DNA of 32,000 nucleotides from Synechococcus sp. A15-24 (GCF_014280195.1 NZ_CP047960.1:1470001-1502000), one strand, 5' to 3'. Positions 1 to 9,088 are shown, counted from the stretch's first letter. Numbers and translations are program-made. The notes: generated from the letters alone by a model not told the origin.

Positions 1-25
1 ATAATTTGACACTGATAGATTGGTT

Positions 26-283
26 TTAATTGTTTATTGATGATTGTGGTTGAACACCTTTACGGTCCTCCTCATACTCATCGTGCCAAACCCAGGCCAT
101 CATTCCCATGCGTCTAGCTTCCTCCATGCGATACCTACGGCCAGTTCGTAGCCATGGCATCGGTCCATAAACTCCAGGATTCTTATCAAGACCAAACTCC
201 AGCCACCAACCTTGATTACTTGGAAGGTTCTGAGGTGGGCTACATACCTTGCAGGTGCGTTCCATGGCAGCCTTGGCTGTCAT
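26..283 (-). CDS. Hypothetical small protein (85 aa), no family recognised
   Basis: ATG-started ORF in the island with no better competing ORF. No motif recognised. Confidence 0.3.
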   Translation of the reverse strand: MTAKAAMERTCKVCSPPQNLPSNQGWWLEFGLDKNPGVYGPMPWLRTGRRYRMEEARRMGMMAWVWHDEYEEDRKGVQPQSSINN

Positions 284-514
284 GGTGTCTATTCCTGCGT
301 TGACGTACGTTGTGGCTCCACAGGACTGGCACTCAATGACTGTCCTGACACGGTTATTGAATTTAATTTCTCAGACATCAAGACTACAATTGTTAATACC
401 TTGCTGATCGAGTGCTTTATCGGTGCTACCTATGCATTCCCGATCACAAGGCAGCTTACTGCAGAGACAGCTGCTTCTTGATACTTGCTGTAACAAATGT
501 CGTCCTATAGATGA

Positions 515-1042
515 TCACTCCGGGATCAATACAGTATCAATCACGTGGATTGTGCCATTCGTAGCTTTGATATCTGCCTTTGTGACTGTGGAGTGGTCAA
601 TAAAAACCATTCCATCTTTTGTCTTGATTGTAATTGACTTACCATTGAGTGTTTCAGCACTAGACAACTTGACGACATCTGCAGCTTTTACATTTCCAGC
701 AACAACGTGATACGTAAGGATATCAGTTAATTTCTCTTTGTTTGAAGGCTTTAACAACAATGCAACTGTCCCATCAGGAAGCTTTGCGAAGGCCTCATCT
801 GTTGGTGCAAAAACGGTGAAAGGACCTTCACCCTTGAGTGCTCCTACTAATCCAGCCTCACCAAGCGCTGCCGCTAGGGTTTCAAAGCTGCCCGCAGTAA
901 CAGCCGTGTCAACTATGTCCATGGAGGGCATGGTGTGATCCTTATCACCCATATGACCTCCTGCGAAAGCGCTCGTAGAGGTCAACAGGCTTAGGGACAA
1001 TGCGGCAGCCCCTAAACGAAGCGTGTGATGGAGAACTGACAT
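515..1042 (-). CDS. Secreted fasciclin (FAS1) domain protein
   Basis: 175-aa ORF. N-terminal signal peptide ends ...[12 protein letters not shown]1 hallmark blocks [11 protein letters not shown] and [13 protein letters not shown] are present. Confidence 0.85.
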   Translation of the reverse strand: MSVLHHTLRLGAAALSLSLLTSTSAFAGGHMGDKDHTMPSMDIVDTAVTAGSFETLAAALGEAGLVGALKGEGPFTVFAPTDEAFAKLPDGTVALLLKPSNKEKLTDILTYHVVAGNVKAADVVKLSSAETLNGKSITIKTKDGMVFIDHSTVTKADIKATNGTIHVIDTVLIPE

Positions 1043-1149
1043 TTGCGTGAATCAAAGTCCATATATCTTAACAAGGCACCGGTCTCTTCGGTGAGACATC
1101 CTGGCTTGGCTCTGGTTTCAGTGAGCCATAGAAAGAGAAGGCGGGGCAC

Positions 1150-1198
1150 GAAAAGATAAAACCTACAGAATTGACAGGATGCAGTTGCTACCTGTCAA
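1150..1198 (-). terminator. Candidate intrinsic terminator (hairpin TTGACAGG-N12-CCTGTCAA, then a T-rich tail on the minus strand)
   Basis: Perfect 8-bp stem at 1171-1178 / 1191-1198. The minus strand continues TTCTGTAGGTTTTATCTTTT. It lies 48 nt downstream of the micro-ORF at 1247-1348. Confidence 0.35.
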
Positions 1199-1246
1199 CC
1201 CTGCAGATCTGATCGAAGACTCTTGGCGTAATTTCTCTTGCGTGCT

Positions 1247-1348
1247 TCACTTTCTTAGTACCTTTGTCTGGTGTAGAAGGGGATGCTTATAACCTTGACT
1301 TCTGATGTAGTCAGCCAATTGTTCAAGCTCGTTTTTCTGATAAGTCAT
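1247..1348 (-). CDS. Micro-ORF, 33 aa (MTYQKNELEQLADYIRSQGYKHPLLHQTKVLRK)
   Basis: ATG preceded by AGGAG 9 nt upstream and followed by the hairpin at 1171-1198. It is below the ORF-track length cutoff. No homology evidence. Confidence 0.25.
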   Translation of the reverse strand: MTYQKNELEQLADYIRSQGYKHPLLHQTKVLRK

Positions 1349-1455
1349 GTTTGACAACTCCTGTTCTCTGCTTTTCTGGATGTGATCACTATTGATTTGA
1401 TTGTACATTGATAAATGACTATTGTGATTTTGATTAATCAGATGTTAGATTAAAG

Positions 1456-1552
1456 ATTGGGTATTAGTTCACCTACATCACGAAGGACGTAGGAGACTAA
1501 TACCAATACGAACCATTGGAATTGAACCAATGCAAGGTCACCAGACGTTCGT
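1456..1552. other. Structured element: a 52-nt imperfect hairpin followed immediately by a tRNA-like acceptor/T-arm minihelix
   Basis: In 1456-1507, ATTGGGTATTAGT pairs with ACTAATACCAAT, with an inner CCTAC/GTAGG stem. In 1508-1552, ACGAAC pairs with GTTCGT and encloses ATTGG-AATTGAA-CCAAT. On the minus strand that reads as a T-arm with loop TTCAATT (T54 T55 C56 R57 A58 pattern, G53:C61 pair). No D arm or anticodon arm could be folded. Confidence 0.4.
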
Positions 1553-1590
1553 TGAGCTAAACATACCCATCCATAAGGACGGCTTTTTTT

Positions 1591-1674
1591 ATGACATGTG
1601 ATTTAGATGAACCAGTGCACCCAATGGTTGCTAACGGCCAATCACCTCCGTTAGCTAAGACAACCAACAGGTAA
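1591..1674 (+). CDS. Micro-ORF, 27 aa (MTCDLDEPVHPMVANGQSPPLAKTTNR)
   Basis: ATG with AAGGA about 11 nt upstream. The stop codon lies in the loop of the terminator at 1666-1690. Speculative. Confidence 0.2.
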   Translation: MTCDLDEPVHPMVANGQSPPLAKTTNR

Positions 1675-1690
1675 TGCTCCTGTTTTTTAT
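1666..1690 (+). terminator. Intrinsic terminator
   Basis: AACAGG-TAATGCT-CCTGTT followed by a T run (TTTTTTAT). Confidence 0.45.
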
Positions 1691-1977
1691 TCGCTTGAAG
1701 GTTGTTGTATCCATACAGTATGAATAGTAATATCAAGATGTCCCTTCAATGGACATAGTGATATTCAGATTCAAGCTTGGCAAAAAGATCAAGCAAACCT
1801 ATTTATTAAACATGTTGTTTATTTTGTCCATCGAGTAAACAAAGAGTTGATAAGTAGTAACACAAAGCGTTTCCAAAATCAACCAGGAGTTAGTACAAGT
1901 TAAATCAATGTGTCTTTTGGTTTACTTGTCTTTGGGCGGTACTTACAGAATGTCCGTCTCGCTGCGCTCGACCTGGA

Positions 1978-2007
1978 CATTAATAAAGGGGATGGTTTGT
2001 CATCCCC
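1978..2007 (-). terminator. Intrinsic terminator (minus strand)
   Basis: GGGGATG-N6-CATCCCC, a 7-bp stem at 1988-2007. The minus strand continues TTTATTAATG. It lies about 60 nt downstream of the micro-ORF at 2067-2207. Confidence 0.45.
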
Positions 2008-2066
2008 AAAGGTACAGAAAGAAGAGTACACCCACTCTCTTCCCCCTGTATACGTGTCGGACCGCT

Positions 2067-2207
2067 TTAAACCCAGGTGGGGACTGAGGTCATAGGATTA
2101 CCTCTTGCTTGTCTTCTTTGGTCAATATTCATACCAAAGACCATGTGATTTGCAGCAGCTTGAGGGTCGTCTTGCCATTCAGCAAGCATTTCATTCCACT
2201 CTTCCAT
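2067..2207 (-). CDS. Micro-ORF, 46 aa (MEEWNEMLAEWQDDPQAAANHMVFGMNIDQRRQARGNPMTSVPTWV)
   Basis: ATG ORF with its own downstream hairpin terminator. It is below the ORF-track cutoff. No family recognised. Confidence 0.3.
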   Translation of the reverse strand: MEEWNEMLAEWQDDPQAAANHMVFGMNIDQRRQARGNPMTSVPTWV

Positions 2208-2368
2208 TTTGCGTGATTTGACTGCTTCAACTTGACGTGCTCACAATGCCGCCTGAACCCGATTACAAGTAATTGCTAGTGAGTGTGAAATTGATTGAAC
2301 TTTTGTAGTATTTGAGTAGGCTTACGAATGATGCTGGACAGCCTTGTCCATTTTGTTTCTTCAAAGTC

Positions 2369-3562
2369 TTAGAGAAGATTCACAGCTCGCTTCAATTCAC
2401 TCCAAGGAGTAGCGCCATATGCCATAGAAATAGAATTAGGTGTGTGGCCAAGCAAAGTAACGACAACAGCCTCATTCATGTTATGTGCTCTCAATATGGT
2501 TGCCGCTCTGTCTCTAAAACCTTTGGGAGTTATTCCAACTATTTTCCTACACGGCTTTGAAAGATTGACTCCCCAACGCTTATTCGCCCCTTGGTACTGA
2601 CCCGGCCACAAAAGATCTTTCCTTTCGCGCATCTCAATAGACAAAGACTTCAATCTTGGATGAATTGGAATTGACCTCGCAGAGGAATCGCTCTTCAAGG
2701 GTCTTAACGCATTGGGTCGGATCAGTATCCGGTCATCAAGCAGGTCTTCTGCTTGCAAGCCAGCAATCTCAGCAAGTCGAGCACCAGTGAAATAAAGGAA
2801 CTTGAAAATCTCTATCTGTTCACCCGACCCATTCCACTGTGATGGATCAGTGATTGTGACATCAAGTTTTCTGACTTTAACGACCTTGATCCGCGTATTT
2901 AAGCCCTTGAATATATGGGTGCAATCCGGTCGTAGTTCACAAAGCACTGACCAGAGTCCACAAAGAAATGCGAGACGCGTTTTGACAGTTGAAGGACTTA
3001 GACGTGACAGCAACGAGGAGCGATAAGCAACGGCGTGTTGGCGTGAAGCAGACGTTGGGTACGTGACTGCAGAGTGTGTCAAGAAATCGTCCAAGGCAGC
3101 CTTCCAAGCGATCTCCGTCCGTGCTGCAGGTGACTTCAGTGCCTTGGCCTGCTGGATCAGCTCTTCTTTGGACAGGTGGTCTGGTGGCTGCTTCTCACCC
3201 TTCAAAATCGCTCTGTATCTGGCCGCTTGATCGAGAGTTATCGACCCTTCCTCAACCTCAACATCACAGCCAGTAAGCAGCGTTTCGACAATTTCTGGAT
3301 CAGACAGATCAAACCGTTGAGGAACAAAATCAATTAGCTCGTCGCCAGTCAGTGAAACCTCATTGCGAGCCTCAGCAATCAGTCGATCTGTCTTTGCTGC
3401 AAATGCAGCTGAGAGCCTCTGTGCGACGCGGTAGGTCGATCCAGCAGCCTCAACCCAAATCGTTTTGCCTATGACTGGCTGAACGTCCTTGGGAACGCCA
3501 CGCTGCAACTGGTAGCCATTGCGGGCCTGACGCACGTATGTCGGATGCTTCCGAAAAGGCAC
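2369..3562 (-). CDS. int: Tyrosine site-specific recombinase (phage-type integrase)
   Basis: 397-aa ORF with a GTG start. C-terminal catalytic blocks are FTGARLAEIAGL (Arg), GFRDRAAT, LLGHTPNS (His) and SMAYG (Tyr nucleophile). Confidence 0.9.
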   Translation of the reverse strand: MPFRKHPTYVRQARNGYQLQRGVPKDVQPVIGKTIWVEAAGSTYRVAQRLSAAFAAKTDRLIAEARNEVSLTGDELIDFVPQRFDLSDPEIVETLLTGCDVEVEEGSITLDQAARYRAILKGEKQPPDHLSKEELIQQAKALKSPAARTEIAWKAALDDFLTHSAVTYPTSASRQHAVAYRSSLLSRLSPSTVKTRLAFLCGLWSVLCELRPDCTHIFKGLNTRIKVVKVRKLDVTITDPSQWNGSGEQIEIFKFLYFTGARLAEIAGLQAEDLLDDRILIRPNALRPLKSDSSARSIPIHPRLKSLSIEMRERKDLLWPGQYQGANKRWGVNLSKPCRKIVGITPKGFRDRAATILRAHNMNEAVVVTLLGHTPNSISMAYGATPWSELKRAVNLL

Positions 3563-3563
3563 C

Positions 3564-3585
3564 TTTAGTCACAGCTTTAGTCACA
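3564..3585. repeat. Tandem 11-bp direct repeat (TTTAGTCACAG / CTTTAGTCACA), plus a third half-copy TAGTCA at 3589-3594
   Basis: Read directly. It lies immediately upstream of the int GTG, on the minus strand as TGTGACTAAAG x2 then GTG, exactly at the island/core junction. Confidence 0.7.
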
Positions 3586-3606
3586 CCCTAGTCAGGAAAA
3601 AGCAAG

Positions 3607-4788
3607 ATGGACACAAACGAGTTGCGATCACAATGTCCAGCCCTGCTCAACAAGACCTACTTCAATTATGGCGGCCAGGGGCCCCTGCCAACACCATCGC
3701 TGGAGGCCATCCAGGCCAGCTGGCGACGCATTCAGGAACTCGGTCCGTTCACCACCGATGTGTGGCCGTTCATCGGCGCCGAAGTCTCCAGCACCCGAAG
3801 ACGCCTTGCCCAGCTCTGTGGGGTGGCGCCCCATCGCCTGGCCCTCAGTGAAAACGTCACCAGCGGCTGTGTCCTGCCGCTGTGGGGTTTGCCCTTTATC
3901 GCAGGCGATCGCCTGTTGATCAGCGACTGCGAGCACCCAGGCGTTGTCGCAGCCTGCGTGGAGCTGGCCCGGCGTGAGGGCCTGTTGATCGACACGCTGC
4001 CGGTGAAGCAGCTGCGAGGCGATCAACCCAGCAGCGATGCGGGCGTGATGGATGCTCTTGAGCAGAGCCTCACCCCCCGCACGCGGCTGGTGGTGCTGAG
4101 CCATCTGCTCTGGAACACCGGTCAGATCATGCCCATCACCGCCGTTGCGGAACGGCTTGCTCTGCACCCTCAGTCGCCCTACCTGCTGGTGGATGCGGCC
4201 CAGAGCTTCGGACAGATTCCTGTGCAGCAGGCCGCTGCTGCCGCAGACATCTATGCCTTCACCGGCCACAAGTGGGCCTGCGGCCCGGAGGGTCTGGGGG
4301 GCATGGCCCTGTCCGAACGGGTGCTGGAACAGGGCCAACCCACCGTGATCGGTTGGCGCAGCCTGCGGGATGAAAGCAAGGCAGACCTGAGCAGCTCAGA
4401 TCCGTTTCATCACGACAGCCGCCGTTTTGAGGTGGCCACCAGTTGCGTGCCCCTGATGGCCGGTCTGCGTTGTTCGCTTGATCTACTGGATCAGGAGGGG
4501 ACGAGTTACGAACGCTGGGTTCGGATCCAGTCGCGCAGTGAAGCGCTTTGGCAGGCCTTGAACAACTTGGACGGGTTGACGCCGCTGCTGCAGGTGCCCC
4601 CCGCCAGCGGCCTGGTGAGTTTTCAACTGCGCCATGACGCAGCCCCTGCAGAGGTGGTGCAGCAGCTCGGACAACAGGGCCTGTGGATCCGCGGCCTGGC
4701 GGATCCCAGCTGCCTGCGCGCCTGCACCCACGTGACCACAACAGAGGCTGAGACCAAGGCACTGACCACAGCGATTGCACAATATTGA
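3607..4788 (+). CDS. Class V (NifS/SufS/isopenicillin-N-epimerase-like) PLP-dependent aminotransferase
   Basis: 393 aa. The PLP-lysine block FTGHKWACGPEGLG is present. Codon usage is GC-rich and core-like. Confidence 0.8.
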   Translation: MDTNELRSQCPALLNKTYFNYGGQGPLPTPSLEAIQASWRRIQELGPFTTDVWPFIGAEVSSTRRRLAQLCGVAPHRLALSENVTSGCVLPLWGLPFIAGDRLLISDCEHPGVVAACVELARREGLLIDTLPVKQLRGDQPSSDAGVMDALEQSLTPRTRLVVLSHLLWNTGQIMPITAVAERLALHPQSPYLLVDAAQSFGQIPVQQAAAAADIYAFTGHKWACGPEGLGGMALSERVLEQGQPTVIGWRSLRDESKADLSSSDPFHHDSRRFEVATSCVPLMAGLRCSLDLLDQEGTSYERWVRIQSRSEALWQALNNLDGLTPLLQVPPASGLVSFQLRHDAAPAEVVQQLGQQGLWIRGLADPSCLRACTHVTTTEAETKALTTAIAQY

Positions 4789-4826
4789 AAACATATTTTA
4801 CTGATATTTCACCTATTTCGTGCCAC

Positions 4827-6329
4827 TTACGGTCGTCCTCTCAGGGCCTGCTCCGCCTCTTCCCGATCATCGAAGTGCACTTTCTCGGTACCGAGAATTT
4901 GATAGTCCTCATGTCCTTTGCCGGCGATCAACACCAGGTCCGCCGCTGACGCATCAGCAATGGCCTCCGCGATCGCCGTGGCCCTATCGCGCTTCACGCT
5001 CAGGTCGGTACCGGAGGGGATCCCCGCCACCACATCGGCAAGGATTTGATCGGGATCTTCCGTGCGCGGGTTGTCGGAGGTGACCACCACCCGGTCCGCC
5101 AGGCGAGCAGCAATGGCTGCCATCTGAGGCCGCTTGCCCCGATCCCTGTCGCCACCACAGCCAAACACGCAGACCAGCCGACCATCGGTGAAAGGCCGAG
5201 ACGCTGCCAGGGCATTCTCAAGACCATCAGGAGTATGGGCGTAATCCACAAGAACAGTGGGCAAGGCGGGAGCTTCAGCACCGTTCACGACCACCCGCTC
5301 CATCCGACCAGGCACGCCCCGAAAGCTGCCGACAGCCTCCAGCAGCGGCTCCAGGGGCAGACCCCGTTGCAGCAGTACGCCCACCGCCTGTAACAGGTTC
5401 ATCAGGTTGAAGCGCCCCAGCAGCGGAGAACAGAAAGCGCCGGATCCGGCGGGACTGAGCAAGCGTCCATGGACGCCCTGTCCGGTCATCTCGAGGTCGA
5501 CCATCTGCAGCTCCGCTTGCGGGTCTCCAAAGGAGCTGCGCCAGCAACGACCCCCCAGCTGCTCGGCGAGACGGCTCCCCCAGGGGTCATCGCTGTTCAC
5601 CACCGCCGAAGGTCCGTCCCCGTCCAGCAGGGGAGGCGTGAACAGACGCGCCTTGGCCTTGTAATAGGCCTCCATCGTGCGGTGGTAATCAAGGTGGTCC
5701 TGGGTGAGGTTGGTGAACACAGCCCCCGCGAAGCGACACCCCGCCACCCGCTCCTGAACAAGGGCGTGGGAACTCACCTCCATCGCCGCCAGCTGGCTGC
5801 CGGCACTTGCTGCTTCTGCCAGCTGGGCTTGCAGGCGATCAGCCACCGATGTGGTGTGGGTGGCCGTGATGCTGTGGCCAGGCCAACGGTTCACCAAGGT
5901 GCCGAACAGGGCGGTGGGCTGACCAACTCGAGCCGCCAGATGCTCGATCAGGTGTGTTGTGGTGGTTTTGCCATTGGTACCGGTGACACCGATCAGTGCC
6001 ATCCGGCGGCAGGGATGCCCCCAATAGGAAGCCGCTAATTCACCGATGCTGCGCGCCACTGGCTCGCGCAGCACTAACACCGGCTGATCGGCGGCGGGAG
6101 GCAGCTCCTGCGCGGCGGAAGGTCCGATCACAGCAGCGGCAGCACCTGCCTGCAATGCCTGCCTCCAGAAACGACCGCCATCAACGCGCTCCCCCGGCAG
6201 GCCCAGAAACAACGATCCCTCACCCACCAGGCGCGAATCGCTGGTGATGGACATGAGCTGGGGATCGACCAGACCGGCAGGCACATCCAGGCCGACATCC
6301 CGCAGCAGGTCATGCAACGACTGACCCAT
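4827..6329 (-). CDS. murE: UDP-N-acetylmuramoyl-L-alanyl-D-glutamate--2,6-diaminopimelate ligase
   Basis: P-loop [11 protein letters not shown], the Mur ligase middle domain and the C-terminal DNPRTEDP block. The start is placed at the internal ATG (MGQSLHDLL) rather than the track start at 6413, which would overlap the upstream gene. Confidence 0.9.
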   Translation of the reverse strand: MGQSLHDLLRDVGLDVPAGLVDPQLMSITSDSRLVGEGSLFLGLPGERVDGGRFWRQALQAGAAAAVIGPSAAQELPPAADQPVLVLREPVARSIGELAASYWGHPCRRMALIGVTGTNGKTTTTHLIEHLAARVGQPTALFGTLVNRWPGHSITATHTTSVADRLQAQLAEAASAGSQLAAMEVSSHALVQERVAGCRFAGAVFTNLTQDHLDYHRTMEAYYKAKARLFTPPLLDGDGPSAVVNSDDPWGSRLAEQLGGRCWRSSFGDPQAELQMVDLEMTGQGVHGRLLSPAGSGAFCSPLLGRFNLMNLLQAVGVLLQRGLPLEPLLEAVGSFRGVPGRMERVVVNGAEAPALPTVLVDYAHTPDGLENALAASRPFTDGRLVCVFGCGGDRDRGKRPQMAAIAARLADRVVVTSDNPRTEDPDQILADVVAGIPSGTDLSVKRDRATAIAEAIADASAADLVLIAGKGHEDYQILGTEKVHFDDREEAEQALRGRP

Positions 6330-6354
6330 CCGATCGGCCACAACTCGGCTCGTT

Positions 6355-6636
6355 CTAAGCCGATCCAGCAGGGTTGGACAGGGTCCGTTGCAACCAGTTG
6401 AACAGGCCCTCACCGGCCAACCGCGGTGACACCCGTGGCAGCTCCCGGCCCTGGGCCACCAGCACCGGCACCTCCAGGTCGTATCGGCCCTTCAGCTCGG
6501 TGGGTAAGTCGTGGCCGTCGATGTCAATCACCTGCAGCGTGATCCCAAGCCCAGCCAGGTTGAGGGCCATTAATCGTTGTTCGAGCCCCTCACAGAGACA
6601 GCAGCCCTGGCGGCTGTACAGCACCAACACCTGCAT
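6355..6636 (-). CDS. Glutaredoxin-like thioredoxin-fold protein (DUF836 type)
   Basis: 93 aa. N-terminal [14 protein letters not shown] carries a CxxC. The start overlaps the yidD stop (TGATG). Confidence 0.7.
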   Translation of the reverse strand: MQVLVLYSRQGCCLCEGLEQRLMALNLAGLGITLQVIDIDGHDLPTELKGRYDLEVPVLVAQGRELPRVSPRLAGEGLFNWLQRTLSNPAGSA

Positions 6637-6950
6637 CAGTCCGGCACCGGATCACATCCGCAGGGGGTGAAGGGGTGGCAGCGCAGCAGCCGTTTCACGG
6701 TGAGCCAACCACCCCTCCAAGGGCCGTGCCGCTGAATCGCCTCCAGGCCGTAGGCGCTGCAGGTGGGGGTGAAGCGACAGCGGGGACCGATCAGCGGCGA
6801 AATGAAACGCCTGTAGAAATTGATTCCAGCCAGCATCAGCCAGGCCAGCGCGGCGTTGATCGCAGCGAGTACGGAACCCAATGGGCTGACCGATACAGTG
6901 GCTGGTTCGTGCACTTGCGGCGTCACCTGGGACTGATCCGGTTCCAGCAT
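6636..6950 (-). CDS. yidD: Membrane protein insertion efficiency factor YidD
   Basis: Conserved core [31 protein letters not shown]...[15 protein letters not shown]. The start is uncertain: ATG at 6950, TTG at 6881 or ATG at 6836. Confidence 0.8.
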   Translation of the reverse strand: MLEPDQSQVTPQVHEPATVSVSPLGSVLAAINAALAWLMLAGINFYRRFISPLIGPRCRFTPTCSAYGLEAIQRHGPWRGGWLTVKRLLRCHPFTPCGCDPVPD

Positions 6951-6990
6951 GGCCAAGCCCGGCACGAATCCAACCTCTACCTTCCCATCC

Positions 6991-7599
6991 ATGGCTCGAT
7001 ACCGCGGCCCTCGTCTGAGGATCACGCGGCGCTTGGGAGACCTCCCCGGTCTCACCCGGAAGGCCGCAAAGCGGTCCTATCCCCCCGGTCAGCACGGCCA
7101 AGCCCGTCGCAAGCGCTCTGAATACGCGATCCGTCTCGAAGAGAAGCAGAAGCTTCGCTTCAATTACGGCGTCTCCGAGCGTCAGCTCGTGCGTTACGTG
7201 AAGAAAGCGCGCGCCCAGGAGGGTTCCACCGGAACCAACCTGCTCAAGCTGCTCGAGAACCGTCTCGACAATGTCTGTTTCCGCCTCGGCTTCGGTCCAA
7301 CCGTGCCCGGCGCCCGTCAGCTGGTGAACCACGGCCACGTGACCGTGAATGGCCGTGTCACCGACATCGCCAGCTACCAGTGCAAACCCGGCGATGTGGT
7401 CGCCATCCGCGAGCGCAAGTGCAGTAAACAGCTGGCTGAAGGCAACCTGGAGTTCCCCGGTCTGGCCAACGTGCCGACCCACCTGGAACTGGACAAGGCC
7501 AAGCTCAGTGCCAAGGTCACCGGTCGCTGTGAACGCGAGTGGGTTGCCCTGGAAATCAACGAACTGCTGGTGGTGGAGTACTACTCCAGAAAGGTTTAA
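6991..7599 (+). CDS. rpsD: 30S ribosomal protein S4
   Basis: [22 protein letters not shown] is the canonical S4 N-terminus. An S4 RNA-binding domain follows. The start is moved to 6991 from the track start at 6949. Confidence 0.95.
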   Translation: MARYRGPRLRITRRLGDLPGLTRKAAKRSYPPGQHGQARRKRSEYAIRLEEKQKLRFNYGVSERQLVRYVKKARAQEGSTGTNLLKLLENRLDNVCFRLGFGPTVPGARQLVNHGHVTVNGRVTDIASYQCKPGDVVAIRERKCSKQLAEGNLEFPGLANVPTHLELDKAKLSAKVTGRCEREWVALEINELLVVEYYSRKV

Positions 7600-7659
7600 G
7601 TTCGGTTCATAACGAGAGCTCTCAGCTTTTTACGAGTACCCATTCAAACTTTATTCAAT

Positions 7660-7703
7660 CTCCTGATACCGTTTTTATTGAACGGTATCAGGAGATTTTT
7701 TTT
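7660..7703 (+). terminator. Strong intrinsic terminator of rpsD, possibly bidirectional
   Basis: CTCCTGATACCGTT-N7-AACGGTATCAGGAG (14-bp stem) followed by ATTTTTTTT. Confidence 0.85.
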
Positions 7704-7735
7704 GATTTTTTCCTTTTAGTTAAACACCATTTTGT

Positions 7736-9088
7736 CTAATTAATTAGTGCCTGATACATTACCCTTGAAAGCAATCTAATGCCATCGTCATCTTTCAAAG
7801 TTTTAAAATCAGGCATATTATTGTAAAAAATTGACAAATCATCTAGCAATTCAGGATGAAATTGGAAAGTAAACGATTTTCGTATTTTTTGAGTTTGATA
7901 ATCTAAATAATTTATGCAAGTAGCTGCTACTTCTGTGCAGACTTCTCCATTTATACGAGTTGAGCAAACAATTTCAACAGATGTTGGTAGATTCAAAATC
8001 CAAGATAGATCTGATATCAATATCTTCTTTCTTATAGGATAAACTGCCTTGTGCAATTCTCCAAATGCCCAATTAGCAAAAAGAATTGCTTCCTGGTTAA
8101 CTACATCGCTATGAAACATTTCTATATGGAGGTTTTTTTCATAAGTAATAAATTTTTCGACAACACCCAGTTCATGCTCGTGAGATAGCTCATGACACAT
8201 AAGTAAATTTGAAAATTCATCACTAGGATGCAGTCCAGAATGCGAATATTTCTTTAGGTCTACTTTGCCGACCTCAGGCTTAAGGTTAAGCGCAACTGCA
8301 AAACAACTATCATTCCAGCCTTTTGCAACTATCTTTTCATTTCTATAAACACATAAACTTTCTCCAACCAAGATAATTTCCGTACACTTCTTCCTGAGAT
8401 TGTCTAGATAGTAATTACTATCTTCACAATTAATCAAAAATGATAAACAGTCATCAGTCGCTCTTTTAATTATCTCTATATGAGCCTGAGCAGCAAGTTG
8501 ATGACCTAGGCAAATAAATATAGCAGGAGATGAGTTTGAATCCCTTGAAAGTATAATTTCCTCAGCAACTTCTTGCAAATCTTCTAGCTTAATACTTGTA
8601 TCATCAAAGCTTTTGCAATCTTTTAAAGTTGGATAACCCCCCTCTACGAAACACATAATACAGTTTTTAATCAATTCTATTAAAAGTTCATTATTTAAAG
8701 GACCAGCCTCCCAGAGTGGTATCAATATTGAATCGCAGTCGGCTATATATTGAGACAAGTACGCAATATTTATAGATGCTTTAACCTCATTCCCATATGG
8801 ATTTACTCCGACATGCTTAGCGGGCTCTATTATACAAATAGAATTTCTATAAATTCCAGGATATTTTAGAATTTCTTTTAAATCATTATTCGATCTTACA
8901 ACTCTTTCCAAAGGACCTTCTTCTCCCCATTGACTATTGGCAAGTAAATCCAATTTCTTATCATAAAAAGGTTCAAGCAAACTATTTGAATCTCTATCAT
9001 TTATGAAATCGGCCAAAAGAAATTCAATACTTGTTCGATTCGATTTTCCAGGCCTGAAAAAGCCAGCCATAGCTTTAAATACTGACAT
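7736..9088 (-). CDS. Atypical long class I glutamine amidotransferase / peptidase C26-like protein
   Basis: Very AT-rich 450-aa ORF, with the start taken at MSVFKAMAG. The nucleophile elbow is AIFICLGHQLAAQ and the His-Glu dyad block is TFQFHPELL. About 218 residues separate them. Confidence 0.6.
   Translation of the reverse strand: MSVFKAMAGFFRPGKSNRTSIEFLLADFINDRDSNSLLEPFYDKKLDLLANSQWGEEGPLERVVRSNNDLKEILKYPGIYRNSICIIEPAKHVGVNPYGNEVKASINIAYLSQYIADCDSILIPLWEAGPLNNELLIELIKNCIMCFVEGGYPTLKDCKSFDDTSIKLEDLQEVAEEIILSRDSNSSPAIFICLGHQLAAQAHIEIIKRATDDCLSFLINCEDSNYYLDNLRKKCTEIILVGESLCVYRNEKIVAKGWNDSCFAVALNLKPEVGKVDLKKYSHSGLHPSDEFSNLLMCHELSHEHELGVVEKFITYEKNLHIEMFHSDVVNQEAILFANWAFGELHKAVYPIRKKILISDLSWILNLPTSVEIVCSTRINGEVCTEVAATCINYLDYQTQKIRKSFTFQFHPELLDDLSIFYNNMPDFKTLKDDDGIRLLSRVMYQALIN

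Larger units (their letters stand above)
1..3562. mobile_element. Integrase-associated genomic island; the left end lies beyond the window
   Basis: Composition is visibly AT-richer than the flanking core. A tyrosine recombinase gene sits at the right edge, directly abutting GC-rich core DNA at about 3563-3606. A tRNA-like 3-prime-half remnant lies at 1508-1552. The cargo is a fasciclin gene plus micro-ORFs. Confidence 0.55.

Noticed and set aside
212-710. Plus-strand ORFs 212-481 and 423-710.
   Set aside because: They overlap the fasciclin gene and the 85-aa ORF in antisense. Their products are Cys/Ser/Thr-rich and non-protein-like, and they lack start-site signals.
1505-1600. Possible complete tRNA gene on the minus strand around the T-arm-like sequence.
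   Set aside because: I could not fold a D arm or an anticodon arm. Only about 15 nt separate the acceptor-like 5-prime strand from the T arm. It is treated as a tRNA fragment or minihelix, not a tRNA gene. No other T-loop-like GGTTCRANNCC sequence was seen in the window.
6652-7482. 276-aa ORF antisense to rpsD and yidD. Similar long antisense or out-of-frame ORFs occur elsewhere: 3628-4338, 4259-4780, 5469-6038, 15378-16094, 16505-17149, 17811-18491, 24429-25388, 27205-28221, 28742-29578 and 28782-29432.
   Set aside because: Each lies opposite to, or out of frame with, a gene that has clear family motifs. Their products are Arg/Pro/Gly/Ala/His-rich low-complexity sequences, as expected from stop-codon-poor GC-rich DNA. 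No independent signals support them.
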